A DNA stretch of 64,000 bases from a virus: IMG/VR virus record IMGVR_UViG_3300048997_000130, positions 1 to 64,000 of that record. One strand, written 5' to 3'. This document shows positions 18,708-27,790 of the stretch, one piece after another. The first letter of the stretch is position 1. Each line of letters starts with the position of its first letter. Below the pieces are notes generated by a model. The model was not told the DNA's origin. It made no database searches and saw only the letters and a program-made list of their open reading frames with translations. Both the position numbers and the translations under genes were made by a program.

Positions 18708-19376
18708 TTAGCCGATGAACGCCAATAAGGCGAACATTTCGGCAGAGGTTGCATCACCGGGTGAAATGACCGTGCCCATACGGGTGCAGTCGGGTTCAGT
18801 TCCAGCTAAGGAACCTCCGCTACCGGAAACTCCATCAATCCACTGATTCTCATACGAATCCTGCCAACGATTCGTAAGAAGCCCGTTGACCGATGCATAG
18901 AGCTTATCGCCAATAGCATAGGTTAATGCTGTTCCGACAACGCCACTGCCTTTGGTCGTCTGAACTTGAGTTTCATAGACCTTGACGCCGACCGAACCGC
19001 CACGAAGGAATGGGCCTTTACCCGAAGCCACACCTGGCGTGTTTTCATTAGCATTACCTAACGAATCATTGATGAATAGCCCGAGAGGTCGAGTACCCAC
19101 GACGTATGCAGAGCTAACTTGCACTGCACCGCCAACGGTATTCCCACCGATATCGGGGCGAGTAAACGCCACTGAACCACCAAGAACGCCCCTCTTCACT
19201 GTTGAAGGAAGAGTGGTCGATCGTGCCGATGTAGTGACAACCACACTCGGATTGCTCTGTGAAAACCCGTCCGCCGCAAGATTAAGGATAGTATCCTTAA
19301 TTAGGGAGTACAGGATCCGGAGCGCACCTTGATTACCGCGGAAGTCCGCAGATGCTTGCCCGTTAATTGATCCCAT
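18708..19376 (-). CDS. Putative head decoration/stabilising protein
   Basis: Gly/Ser/Thr-rich beta-type protein directly upstream of capsid gene (PLGLFIND, KLYASVNGLLT). Confidence 0.6.
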   Translation of the reverse strand: MGSINGQASADFRGNQGALRILYSLIKDTILNLAADGFSQSNPSVVVTTSARSTTLPSTVKRGVLGGSVAFTRPDIGGNTVGGAVQVSSAYVVGTRPLGLFINDSLGNANENTPGVASGKGPFLRGGSVGVKVYETQVQTTKGSGVVGTALTYAIGDKLYASVNGLLTNRWQDSYENQWIDGVSGSGGSLAGTEPDCTRMGTVISPGDATSAEMFALLAFIG

Positions 19377-19585
19377 GTTGCCTTTTTCTCCAGTTGCGTC
19401 AGTCCAAAGCTGCTCTATACAGAATCTTCCTCATTAAATCTGGGATTCAGTCCAAGTTTCCTTGCGAATCCGTCAAATTAGAATATGGATTTATCTGTTA
19501 GTATGACCTTGAAACCTCCGTTGGAAACCTGTTTAAGTATCCTTTATTTGTATTCTTGCGACGAGGGGTTTGAATCCCTCAGAAT

Positions 19586-20800
19586 CTATGGACGATCCCA
19601 CAAGTTCGACAGTTCATCAGTTGGAACTGGAGCGGCTCGCATTTGTCCAAGTTTGCGAGCACCGGTTGAGGCCGTACGGGCTACGGGCTTGCCGCCGTAG
19701 CCGGATTGAGCTCGTTCAGCTGCAACGATTTCACGTTGCGCTTGGACTTCCGGATTATCTGCAAACAAATCCGATAAATCCTGATTATCACCAGCTGTTC
19801 GGCCTGAATCATCATCTTCGTCGTCATCTAATGAGATTGCGAATCCACTAGATGCCATTTGGGTCTGAACAGCATCGGGTTCCTCATCGTTCCCAGCTGC
19901 CACAGGAGCCGCCATGGGCACTGGAGGCATGGGCGATTGGAACAGCTCCGTCAGTTCTGGAGCAGGAACTGGAGGAACAGGAGCCACCATTGTTGGAACA
20001 GGAACACATGCTTCATCAGCAAGCATCTGATCTAACATAGAGACGTCCGATGCCGACATATTGCCGTCATCATCCGTCTGATGCTCCGTTGAAGTAACTT
20101 CCTCAGGTTCTTTTACTTCCTGAGCTTGTACTTCTTTTTTATCATCTTCACAATCAGCTTGAGCAATTCGAGCTTGAGCCGAAATCTTCAAAATCTCTTT
20201 CAAAGTCGGATCATCAATTGACATGAAAACAGAAGCCATGCGTTGAATAGTGTCCGCGTCAACACCATCTGGCAAAACATTTTGTGAAAGTTTGCAACAA
20301 GCCAAGGCTCGACGATATTTCTGATCGCGCGTCAGAGCATTGGGCGATATCTGATCTAAACGCTTGAGCGAAGCTATGACTGATTGAGCTGGCAAAGCCA
20401 TCAAATCAATCATTTGCTCTTCCAGCAATTTTTCATCTGCTGTGCGAAGAAGCGTACGAGCAAGTCTTTCAACAAAAGCCGCTTTGCGCTGAACTGCAGC
20501 TAAGCGCTGATTGTCGTATTTACCAGAACCATTCCACTGGTCCGAGTCTTTGTGTTTGAAGGTATCATCACGGAATTCGCCGAAACCGAGTTCGTTCCGC
20601 TTCACGTGATCGCCTTCATACTCCATTTCCACCGATTTACTGGAGGCTGGAGTTTCTGCCCAACTATCAGGATCTCCATTTTCATACTCAACAGCCGAAG
20701 GTTGAGGATGCTCCTGGTTCATCTGATAAATGTCAGCTTGTCGTGATGTTGCCGCCTGTCGCGGGCTGCTGGGGGTCCAAGTTGTGCGCAGACGGTTCAT
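19586..20800 (-). CDS. Putative capsid scaffolding protein
   Basis: Acidic, low-complexity, Pro-rich, helical core; between protease-like gene and head genes. Confidence 0.55.
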   Translation of the reverse strand: MNRLRTTWTPSSPRQAATSRQADIYQMNQEHPQPSAVEYENGDPDSWAETPASSKSVEMEYEGDHVKRNELGFGEFRDDTFKHKDSDQWNGSGKYDNQRLAAVQRKAAFVERLARTLLRTADEKLLEEQMIDLMALPAQSVIASLKRLDQISPNALTRDQKYRRALACCKLSQNVLPDGVDADTIQRMASVFMSIDDPTLKEILKISAQARIAQADCEDDKKEVQAQEVKEPEEVTSTEHQTDDDGNMSASDVSMLDQMLADEACVPVPTMVAPVPPVPAPELTELFQSPMPPVPMAAPVAAGNDEEPDAVQTQMASSGFAISLDDDEDDDSGRTAGDNQDLSDLFADNPEVQAQREIVAAERAQSGYGGKPVARTASTGARKLGQMRAAPVPTDELSNLWDRP

Positions 20801-20842
20801 GATAAATACTGCCTCCGTTTAGGACTAAAGTTTATCAATGTC

Positions 20843-23551
20843 TTAAAATTTGTTGGACATTGTCGAGATATTGCCAAGATTGGAGAAAAAAATTTTTTCA
20901 TCTGTTGATAAGGCATGTCCGATGCGCAGTCTACAAGCTGCTAAGAAAGATGTTCCACTCGGATAATTAGAAGCAGAACCTAATTGCATAGCAGTTTTAT
21001 AATATATGGCCGGACGTGCTTTAGACTGGACAGTGTCATTGATCCATGAAAGGACTATTAGATCTCGTGAAGAAAGCGTTGAAGTCTGACCGTGTTCTAT
21101 AAGCTTTCGAGTTGCGGATGCCCATTTAGCAAGCTGCGGATGATCTTTAAATATTTGATTTACAGAACCAATAAACTCCGTACTAGATAGTAAAGTATTA
21201 TTCAAATCTCCACCAGCAAGACCTGAATCTGATGTTGATGGAATAGCTGCTGGAACATCAGCTGGATCAGGAACCAGTTTATCACTCAATTTTTTCAACA
21301 GAGCCTCGACAAGCATCTCTTGAGCTTTGTTGATCATGTCTTCAATACTGGATTGTCCGACATCGGGAGCTGGAGATTCTGTAGTAGACTCTTCAGGATT
21401 CGATGGTTCGTCTGGTGAAGAATCTAAATCATCGAGTTCTGAATCTGAATTTGAATCTGAATCTGAATCTGAATTTTGTTCATCGGCCGCGACTTTTCGA
21501 AGTCCATCGATGTGCAAATCATTTTTCCGTATTTCATATATAGTTGCAGCCTTTTCAAGCGCTGCAACAGTTGCGGTGGAATCCGGATTCAAAATATTAC
21601 GGCGTGTGGCTCCAGTAAATGCTGGATTGCGCACCCAAGAAGCTTCAATAAATTGATTACTATTAGGGACAGATACATGGCCAATGAGTTCAGCCAATTT
21701 ATGTTCAATACCATTTTCATCACGAAACATAGTATTTTTGCCATCATATAAAACATGATTACATAACTGAGTCTCATCGACAGCAACGTTCCCGCAATGG
21801 CTACATACTGTGAACAAACTAATGCAGTTAGATATGCCGATTCCATCAGCAATGTAAGAATGATCATTATCTACTTGGAGATCATATACAAATCCTTGGT
21901 AGTCATAAGTATCAATGGAATGGATTCGAGTATAAACATGATTCCCAGCAATCCAACGATCACGACTTCCGGAATTTTGCTCTTTAAAAGAACCACCAGA
22001 ATTCTTGATCTTTACTGACGGAATTTTAGAAACTCCAGACGAACGAATACGGATTTGATAATCAACTTCTGCCGCATTAGGCAGCATCTTTGTGCCAGAT
22101 CTCTGGACTTTAGTTAAAGTTCCGATAAGACCACAACGATTTAAAATCGTCATATACTGATTGGCTAAATTTTCATTTCGTGTCGAAATAAATATTTGCT
22201 TTGTTCCTCGTTTGGAAATACTGATACATCCATTAGAATCTATTATTCCTGACAAAAATGCGAGTTGATGGGACTTCGGCCACAGCATTACGTCTTGGGT
22301 CACGCATTTATCAAGAGCCTTACGACCCATTGAATGATTATCAATGAAGTCTCGGACGGCACGAGAAGTCGACAAAATGTAATCCGCATTTCGTCTAATA
22401 TGACGATGCACCATTTCCGGGGCTGATCCCCCCACAGCAAGCCGCATCTCTTTGGCAAGCCACGAAATACGATTGATTTCAGATTCTACGAATCCAGAAA
22501 TCTCTGAATATTGTTGGCTTGAGTCCAAACAAAATCCAACTCCAATAGTGGAGTTGTGTTTATTATCGAATTTCCACCCATCCCCTATCCAAAGACCTAA
22601 CAGTCGAGCTTCAGATTCTGAACAATGCGGCTTGGATTCGCCTTGCAAGATTGGCGTAGCAATTACATCTCCGGGCAGCAGATCACCGGCTTCACGATAT
22701 TCAAAGCTATAAGCAATTGGGATGATTCGCTGCAGTCCTTTTCGTTCCGTGAACTGAAGTTCAGAACGTGGAACCGCATAAAATTTATGATTATCTGTGA
22801 AACTTAAAGCAGACAGTCCAATAGGCTTAATCCGACAGATTTTCCAGCGATTCTCACGAATTTGTAAGTTATCAACTCGACAAATGTTCCCTTTTTGGGA
22901 GATGACTTCCATATCAGGACGAATATCTTCAATCGGAAGCACCGTCCCATCAGCCATCAGCACCCGGGTTCCGGGTATTCCGCAGCCCATACTCATTGCC
23001 TTAATTTCCTCAGAAAGGATATCTTGGACGAGCAATTTATGCTTGCGATCAGTTGCTACTAAAATATCTATATAGCAAGTGTTACCTAAATCTCGTGCAA
23101 TAGCGTCAACAATAAATCCTTTGGAAAGTTCAGGAATTTGAATATGTTCAAGATAATTAGGTGATCCAATAAATGTCCGGTAAGTTGCCAATAATAGCGA
23201 ACGGCTCCACGCGTCGCCATTATTATTAATGATATTCTGACATTCAGGTTTAATACGGAAATCTGGATATCTGACATCGATTTGGACGCCGCGATCTAAA
23301 CGCTTTCCGGTTTTAGATCCTTCAGGAGCATATGTATCAACAGAAGCTACTATTGTACTATGAGATAGTAAATATTGATTAGGATCGCATTTCTGAAGAA
23401 CATTCTTAGCAACACGAACAACTTGATCTTTGGAGACTGCACCTTCATGTTGTTGGCGCAGTTCTTCCATCCATTCATCAAATCCAATATTGGATTTAGA
23501 TATTATTGCATTCGCGGTACGACGAAAAGCCATGCTTCCTCGAATAAACAC
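20843..23551 (-). CDS. Putative prohead protease / head maturation protein, intein-containing
   Basis: Canonical position between portal region and scaffold; spliced sequence MSMG-CISLFTVCSHCG...LCNH, FIEASWV; acidic linker. Confidence 0.6.
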   Translation of the reverse strand: MFIRGSMAFRRTANAIISKSNIGFDEWMEELRQQHEGAVSKDQVVRVAKNVLQKCDPNQYLLSHSTIVASVDTYAPEGSKTGKRLDRGVQIDVRYPDFRIKPECQNIINNNGDAWSRSLLLATYRTFIGSPNYLEHIQIPELSKGFIVDAIARDLGNTCYIDILVATDRKHKLLVQDILSEEIKAMSMGCGIPGTRVLMADGTVLPIEDIRPDMEVISQKGNICRVDNLQIRENRWKICRIKPIGLSALSFTDNHKFYAVPRSELQFTERKGLQRIIPIAYSFEYREAGDLLPGDVIATPILQGESKPHCSESEARLLGLWIGDGWKFDNKHNSTIGVGFCLDSSQQYSEISGFVESEINRISWLAKEMRLAVGGSAPEMVHRHIRRNADYILSTSRAVRDFIDNHSMGRKALDKCVTQDVMLWPKSHQLAFLSGIIDSNGCISISKRGTKQIFISTRNENLANQYMTILNRCGLIGTLTKVQRSGTKMLPNAAEVDYQIRIRSSGVSKIPSVKIKNSGGSFKEQNSGSRDRWIAGNHVYTRIHSIDTYDYQGFVYDLQVDNDHSYIADGIGISNCISLFTVCSHCGNVAVDETQLCNHVLYDGKNTMFRDENGIEHKLAELIGHVSVPNSNQFIEASWVRNPAFTGATRRNILNPDSTATVAALEKAATIYEIRKNDLHIDGLRKVAADEQNSDSDSDSNSDSELDDLDSSPDEPSNPEESTTESPAPDVGQSSIEDMINKAQEMLVEALLKKLSDKLVPDPADVPAAIPSTSDSGLAGGDLNNTLLSSTEFIGSVNQIFKDHPQLAKWASATRKLIEHGQTSTLSSRDLIVLSWINDTVQSKARPAIYYKTAMQLGSASNYPSGTSFLAACRLRIGHALSTDEKIFFSNLGNISTMSNKF
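21827..22984 (-). mobile_element. Intein (386 aa) with LAGLIDADG endonuclease in putative prohead protease
   Basis: N-term CGIPGTRVLMADG; LLGLWIGDG and FLSGIIDSNG; C-term VYDLQVDNDHSYIADGIGISN followed by Cys+1. Confidence 0.9.
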
Positions 23552-23598
23552 GACATATCAAAAATCTGATTATTCGGAAGCGTATTTTCAGAAATAAT

Positions 23599-23994
23599 AT
23601 GAAAATATTCAAAGATGGAAAAAGGAATCGTAAAAATAAGGATATCAAAATCCAACAAGGTTTAGATGGTATCAATATTCATATTGATAAAAGGATAATA
23701 ACTGTTCCATGGCTAAATCATATTAAAATATATACGAAGAAAGCGAGTCGTGGTAATAAATATATAATGGTGGCCCATTTCCCTGATAAGAATCATGGTC
23801 TGATCGGAGAACCTGAAAATGTGAAAGAATTAGTAGATACGGTGGCTGAAATGGCGTTAATTTTGAACGGAGTAAGTCGGCCTCCAACCAATTTAATAAA
23901 TAAATTGGTAAAAGAGTGGGGACAGACAGATAAATTGGAACATTTAATATCCAAGTTCCAAGAACTAACCATCAAAAATATTATGGAAGTTTAA
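23599..23994 (+). CDS. Hypothetical protein (counter-oriented insertion)
   Basis: 131-aa AT-rich ORF filling the gap on the opposite strand. Confidence 0.55.
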   Translation: MKIFKDGKRNRKNKDIKIQQGLDGINIHIDKRIITVPWLNHIKIYTKKASRGNKYIMVAHFPDKNHGLIGEPENVKELVDTVAEMALILNGVSRPPTNLINKLVKEWGQTDKLEHLISKFQELTIKNIMEV

Positions 23995-24962
23995 GCAGCC
24001 CGACCGGTAGCTCTCTTAATGACTGGTAATAGTATCGGACGCATATTCGGACGAGCATGAGCTACGCGAATTAAGATCGGAAGAACTCGTCGAGCGGCTA
24101 ATTGTTTGTTGGAACTCGTATGATTGCTCCCGATCATCGGTCCAACGTCTTCAAACATATCATGCAAAGTTTGCATGAGCTTTTCAGGGTCTTTCAAATT
24201 TTCTCGTAATACTTCAATATAAGTTTCAACAGTATCTTCAAAATTAGAGACTTCGGACTCAACATCAACATCTGAAGATGGCGTCATCAGATGTTTCCGG
24301 ACGCCTTTCAACATATCTTGTCCAGTTTTCAACAAATCTCGAATTTCATCCAGAATTTGCTTTAAAGCCCCTTTATTAGGCGTATGGCGGGCTTTCTCCA
24401 TTTTATGAAGAACATCTTGGGCACCGGAGAAAAAATCCTTATTCTCTTTATATTCTTGCTGAACATAATGAGCAGCATCTTTCCAGTCAGATTGACCTTC
24501 TACGAAATTATCTATCGATGCATCGTCCAAAGAATATGCAGGTTCTTGACCTGAAGATTCAGCATCATTCTGGTCTTTTTTCAATTTCTTGAACATATTC
24601 TTGAAGAAATCACCAATACCGGCTGTATGTCCGGTCGAAGCAACTTTTCCAAGTTCATGAGAACGATTCAATATTTTACGTAGTTCGTCCTCTTCCTGAA
24701 CTACTTCACCTTCAAAAAAATTCGCAAATTCTTCAGCCGAATCATATTTTTCTAATGCAGTCTTAATTTCTTGCTGGAGAGATTTGAGCACCATAACCAT
24801 CTCTTCAACATGTTTTTCCCAAGATTTAAATCCGGGGTTAACAACAGAAACGGTACGACGCATTGCAATTAGTTTATGAACATTATTTTCCAGTTCATAT
24901 CCTAAGGTAGGATCAGACAGCTCAGAAGCAATCCGATACAATCGCTGTATATAAGGATTCAT
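23991..24962 (-). CDS. Hypothetical helical protein, probably virion-associated
   Basis: Start reassigned to ATG 24962 (ATGA overlap with upstream stop); within head gene block. Confidence 0.7.
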   Translation of the reverse strand: MNPYIQRLYRIASELSDPTLGYELENNVHKLIAMRRTVSVVNPGFKSWEKHVEEMVMVLKSLQQEIKTALEKYDSAEEFANFFEGEVVQEEDELRKILNRSHELGKVASTGHTAGIGDFFKNMFKKLKKDQNDAESSGQEPAYSLDDASIDNFVEGQSDWKDAAHYVQQEYKENKDFFSGAQDVLHKMEKARHTPNKGALKQILDEIRDLLKTGQDMLKGVRKHLMTPSSDVDVESEVSNFEDTVETYIEVLRENLKDPEKLMQTLHDMFEDVGPMIGSNHTSSNKQLAARRVLPILIRVAHARPNMRPILLPVIKRATGRAA

Positions 24963-25720
24963 TCGACGGTCTCCAGCTCTTGATCCCATATTAAATCTTT
25001 TGGAGATATTGCAAAACCACACGCTCGACATTGCAAGACTTTTTTGCCTTGTCGATAAACACGCGGCCGCATACTATTTTGACCACAACGAGGACAACGC
25101 AAAATACCGCTGGCCTTCTCACGTTGCGTAACTTTATATCGTCGCCCAGTATCTTTCCAATAGATAGCCAATCGACGTGATAAGTGTTCAGGAACTGAAT
25201 ATAAATTAGAAACAGTTATACGAATAGCGTCTGATCCAAAAACGTCGGCCAAGTATGCTGATAATCGCTGGAATGCCTGAATTTGATTCAAGCCATAATA
25301 GTGAGCTTTACAAGCCGCTCTCCATAATGGCTTCGTACGTTCTTCATATTGAATAATGACGTTATCTAATAAAGCAGTAGACGATTCACTAGATAGCTTG
25401 CTGCGCCATTTAGCGTCTTGCTTCAATGTCTCTTTATCATTAGTCAATCGTTCTTGACGCCAAGTATCATAAGTCTGGTTCAGATGTAATGGAACAGCCA
25501 CGCTCCCTGACATGTCCTTAATGAGCGCAGTGGGAGATTCTTGCTCAGAACCCCATGGCCATTGAACTTGGACAGTCCCATTACGAGGATCTGAATAGAC
25601 AACACGCCCGGCATACGGACTCGGGAAAAAATCCCTGAAATCCGTCTTACGAACAATATCACCTGACGCGAAGTCCTTCGCGGCTTCGCAGTCATCCACG
25701 AAAGCCTTCCGGATAGTCAT
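24959..25720 (-). CDS. Hypothetical protein with C-terminal Zn ribbon
   Basis: CPRCG...CRACG; N-terminal SH3/KOW-like GDIVRK...GRVV. Confidence 0.7.
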   Translation of the reverse strand: MTIRKAFVDDCEAAKDFASGDIVRKTDFRDFFPSPYAGRVVYSDPRNGTVQVQWPWGSEQESPTALIKDMSGSVAVPLHLNQTYDTWRQERLTNDKETLKQDAKWRSKLSSESSTALLDNVIIQYEERTKPLWRAACKAHYYGLNQIQAFQRLSAYLADVFGSDAIRITVSNLYSVPEHLSRRLAIYWKDTGRRYKVTQREKASGILRCPRCGQNSMRPRVYRQGKKVLQCRACGFAISPKDLIWDQELETVE

Positions 25721-25731
25721 TAATGCTCCGA

Positions 25732-26244
25732 TTACTCAGCCCAGACTTTGCGAGACACAGAAGCCCCTTGTCGGGTGCTCTTGCCCGAAGAACCACCTGG
25801 CCACGATGGTTGCTTAGTAGTCTTATCTGAAAATTCACTCAAGTCGCGCACGTCATATTCATCACGGCCCGAAACTTGTGAACTGTCGTCGGAATCGTAT
25901 GTATCAATGCCTTTGCTATTAAAGCCACCGTCGGCATGATGCATATAAGGTTCATCAGAATCGGTCTGGATTGGCTTCTGAACATTGTCAAAAGTATCCA
26001 TATACTTCTCATCCGAATCTTTCTTAATGACCTTAGCTTGTTGTTGACGTCGATAAGCATCAAAAGCTTTCTGGCCATATGCAGCAAGTTGGATTCTATC
26101 AGCAGTAGCATCAATATGCTGCAAAATTTCCTGACCGGCTTCTGCACTAAAAACATGACGCTTGACAAGCAATTCTACATCATTGGCAGTCTTGTCTAAT
26201 GTAGCAATGAGCTTGCGAGCAGTCTCTTTCTTCATAGTCGTCAT
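25732..26244 (-). CDS. Hypothetical protein, probably virion-associated
   Basis: 170-aa ORF in head gene block. Confidence 0.7.
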   Translation of the reverse strand: MTTMKKETARKLIATLDKTANDVELLVKRHVFSAEAGQEILQHIDATADRIQLAAYGQKAFDAYRRQQQAKVIKKDSDEKYMDTFDNVQKPIQTDSDEPYMHHADGGFNSKGIDTYDSDDSSQVSGRDEYDVRDLSEFSDKTTKQPSWPGGSSGKSTRQGASVSRKVWAE

Positions 26245-26287
26245 TTATTCAAATCTCCCACATCAATTATTTATTATAGGAAATGTA

Positions 26288-27760
26288 TTACCAGTTAAAA
26301 TCATCTTGAGTGATCGTCGCTTTGCGTTTTTTGCCCTTCAAATTCTTGGGGAAGGGATTTTTATCATCTTTCTTAGGAGACTCTTTTTTGGCCTCCTCGG
26401 CTTTTTCTTTCTTCATATCAGTTTTTGCCTTAGATTTAGGCTTAGGTGGCGTTTTTTTCTTTTTTGCCGCCGCCACAATCACAGGACCAAGTATCCGTTT
26501 GGCTTCAGGATCGGAATTGGCTAATCGAAGAAGATCAACCAATGGAATTGAAATCGAAGCCACTGCAGAAGTTTTCTTCTGCATATCTTCAACCATTTCA
26601 GTTACTCCTTCAGCAAATTTACCGGCATCAGATTCCTTGCTTAGCTTATCCATGTCTGTCTTAACATCCTTCTTTAATGCATTTAAATCTTGGTCATCAA
26701 TTGATTTGATTTCAACTTTATCAGAATCCGATTCGGTAGTAACACGATGCGTGGAAGCCATTGAAGGCAAAAATCCGGTAGATGCCAGAGAGCGCAAATT
26801 CTTGAGAATATCCAGAGCTTGAACCGGAGACGTAGTCCGGAGTTCATTGGCAATGTGAATTATATTCCGATATTCATTAGAAATTGTCATATCAAAAGCA
26901 TTCCTAGGAATTTTCTCAGATAAAATAGTCTGAGAAAATGAATCATGACCCCATTTAGCCAAATGATTCAAAAGCATCATATATGTTTCAGAATCAATTT
27001 TGGATTGATATAGATTTCCATCTGCCATATGCACAGCCATATCTAATGCAGCACGGAATTTTGCGTCAGAATTATCATCCCATCCATATTTCAACCAGTC
27101 TTCTTTCAATAAACCGGAAGCATATTTTAAAATGCGATCGTAATTTTTATCAGTAAAATATCGTTTATCATATGATTTATATTCAGTATTTGGCGGATCA
27201 GTCGGATTACCTTTTTGAGAGATAACCCCATGATATGTTCCAGTCTTGCTGGTCATAATGCCAAATATTTTATTAGAAGTTGCAATACTTAATTGCTTCA
27301 TAAGCTTTTGAAGAAGAGGCCCAGGTTTATTTGGGTCTTCATTATCCAACAATTCTTCATCAAGAACATCAATATAATCATCTAAATCTGCATCATCCGG
27401 TGCATTTTCAATGACTCGGTCTAACAAGCGATCAATCGTATCTTCATCTAATTCAGGATCATGTAGCAAATCGCGAATATCATTTTCATATTGCTTCAAT
27501 AATTTATCATCAATATATGGAAGCAATGCTATATGCAAAGTCGAAATCAATAAATTGGCAGATCGACTCCGCATCGAAAGATCTTTATGTTCCTCAGTCC
27601 GAGGAAGCAAATCTGGATCATCGACCTTCATTCGATTCCGGCGCAAATCACGTCGAGGAGCGCGTTTCTCTTTATATTTACGAGAATGTGGTCGCTTCTT
27701 ATTCAGAAGGCGTTCGGCTTCTCGGTCTTCTTTTTCCGCCGGGGATAGATCACTAGCCAT
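26288..27760 (-). CDS. Hypothetical protein with Lys-rich C-terminus
   Basis: 490 aa, follows portal; basic N- and C-termini, acidic middle. Confidence 0.75.
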   Translation of the reverse strand: MASDLSPAEKEDREAERLLNKKRPHSRKYKEKRAPRRDLRRNRMKVDDPDLLPRTEEHKDLSMRSRSANLLISTLHIALLPYIDDKLLKQYENDIRDLLHDPELDEDTIDRLLDRVIENAPDDADLDDYIDVLDEELLDNEDPNKPGPLLQKLMKQLSIATSNKIFGIMTSKTGTYHGVISQKGNPTDPPNTEYKSYDKRYFTDKNYDRILKYASGLLKEDWLKYGWDDNSDAKFRAALDMAVHMADGNLYQSKIDSETYMMLLNHLAKWGHDSFSQTILSEKIPRNAFDMTISNEYRNIIHIANELRTTSPVQALDILKNLRSLASTGFLPSMASTHRVTTESDSDKVEIKSIDDQDLNALKKDVKTDMDKLSKESDAGKFAEGVTEMVEDMQKKTSAVASISIPLVDLLRLANSDPEAKRILGPVIVAAAKKKKTPPKPKSKAKTDMKKEKAEEAKKESPKKDDKNPFPKNLKGKKRKATITQDDFNW

Positions 27761-27790
27761 AAATTCTCAATTTATGGCTTAATCAACGGG

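Noticed and set aside
19563-19580. tRNA T-arm-like hairpin GAGGG-GTTTGAAT-CCCTC on + strand
   Set aside because: No acceptor stem, D-arm or anticodon arm could be built around it; kept only as part of the minus-strand leader
19545-19588. Possible TAG read-through of the scaffold gene
   Set aside because: Adds only 13 unremarkable residues before TAA and does not fuse to the next gene
21440-21480. (GAATCT)n short tandem repeat
   Set aside because: Encodes an ordinary Ser-Asp low-complexity linker, in frame
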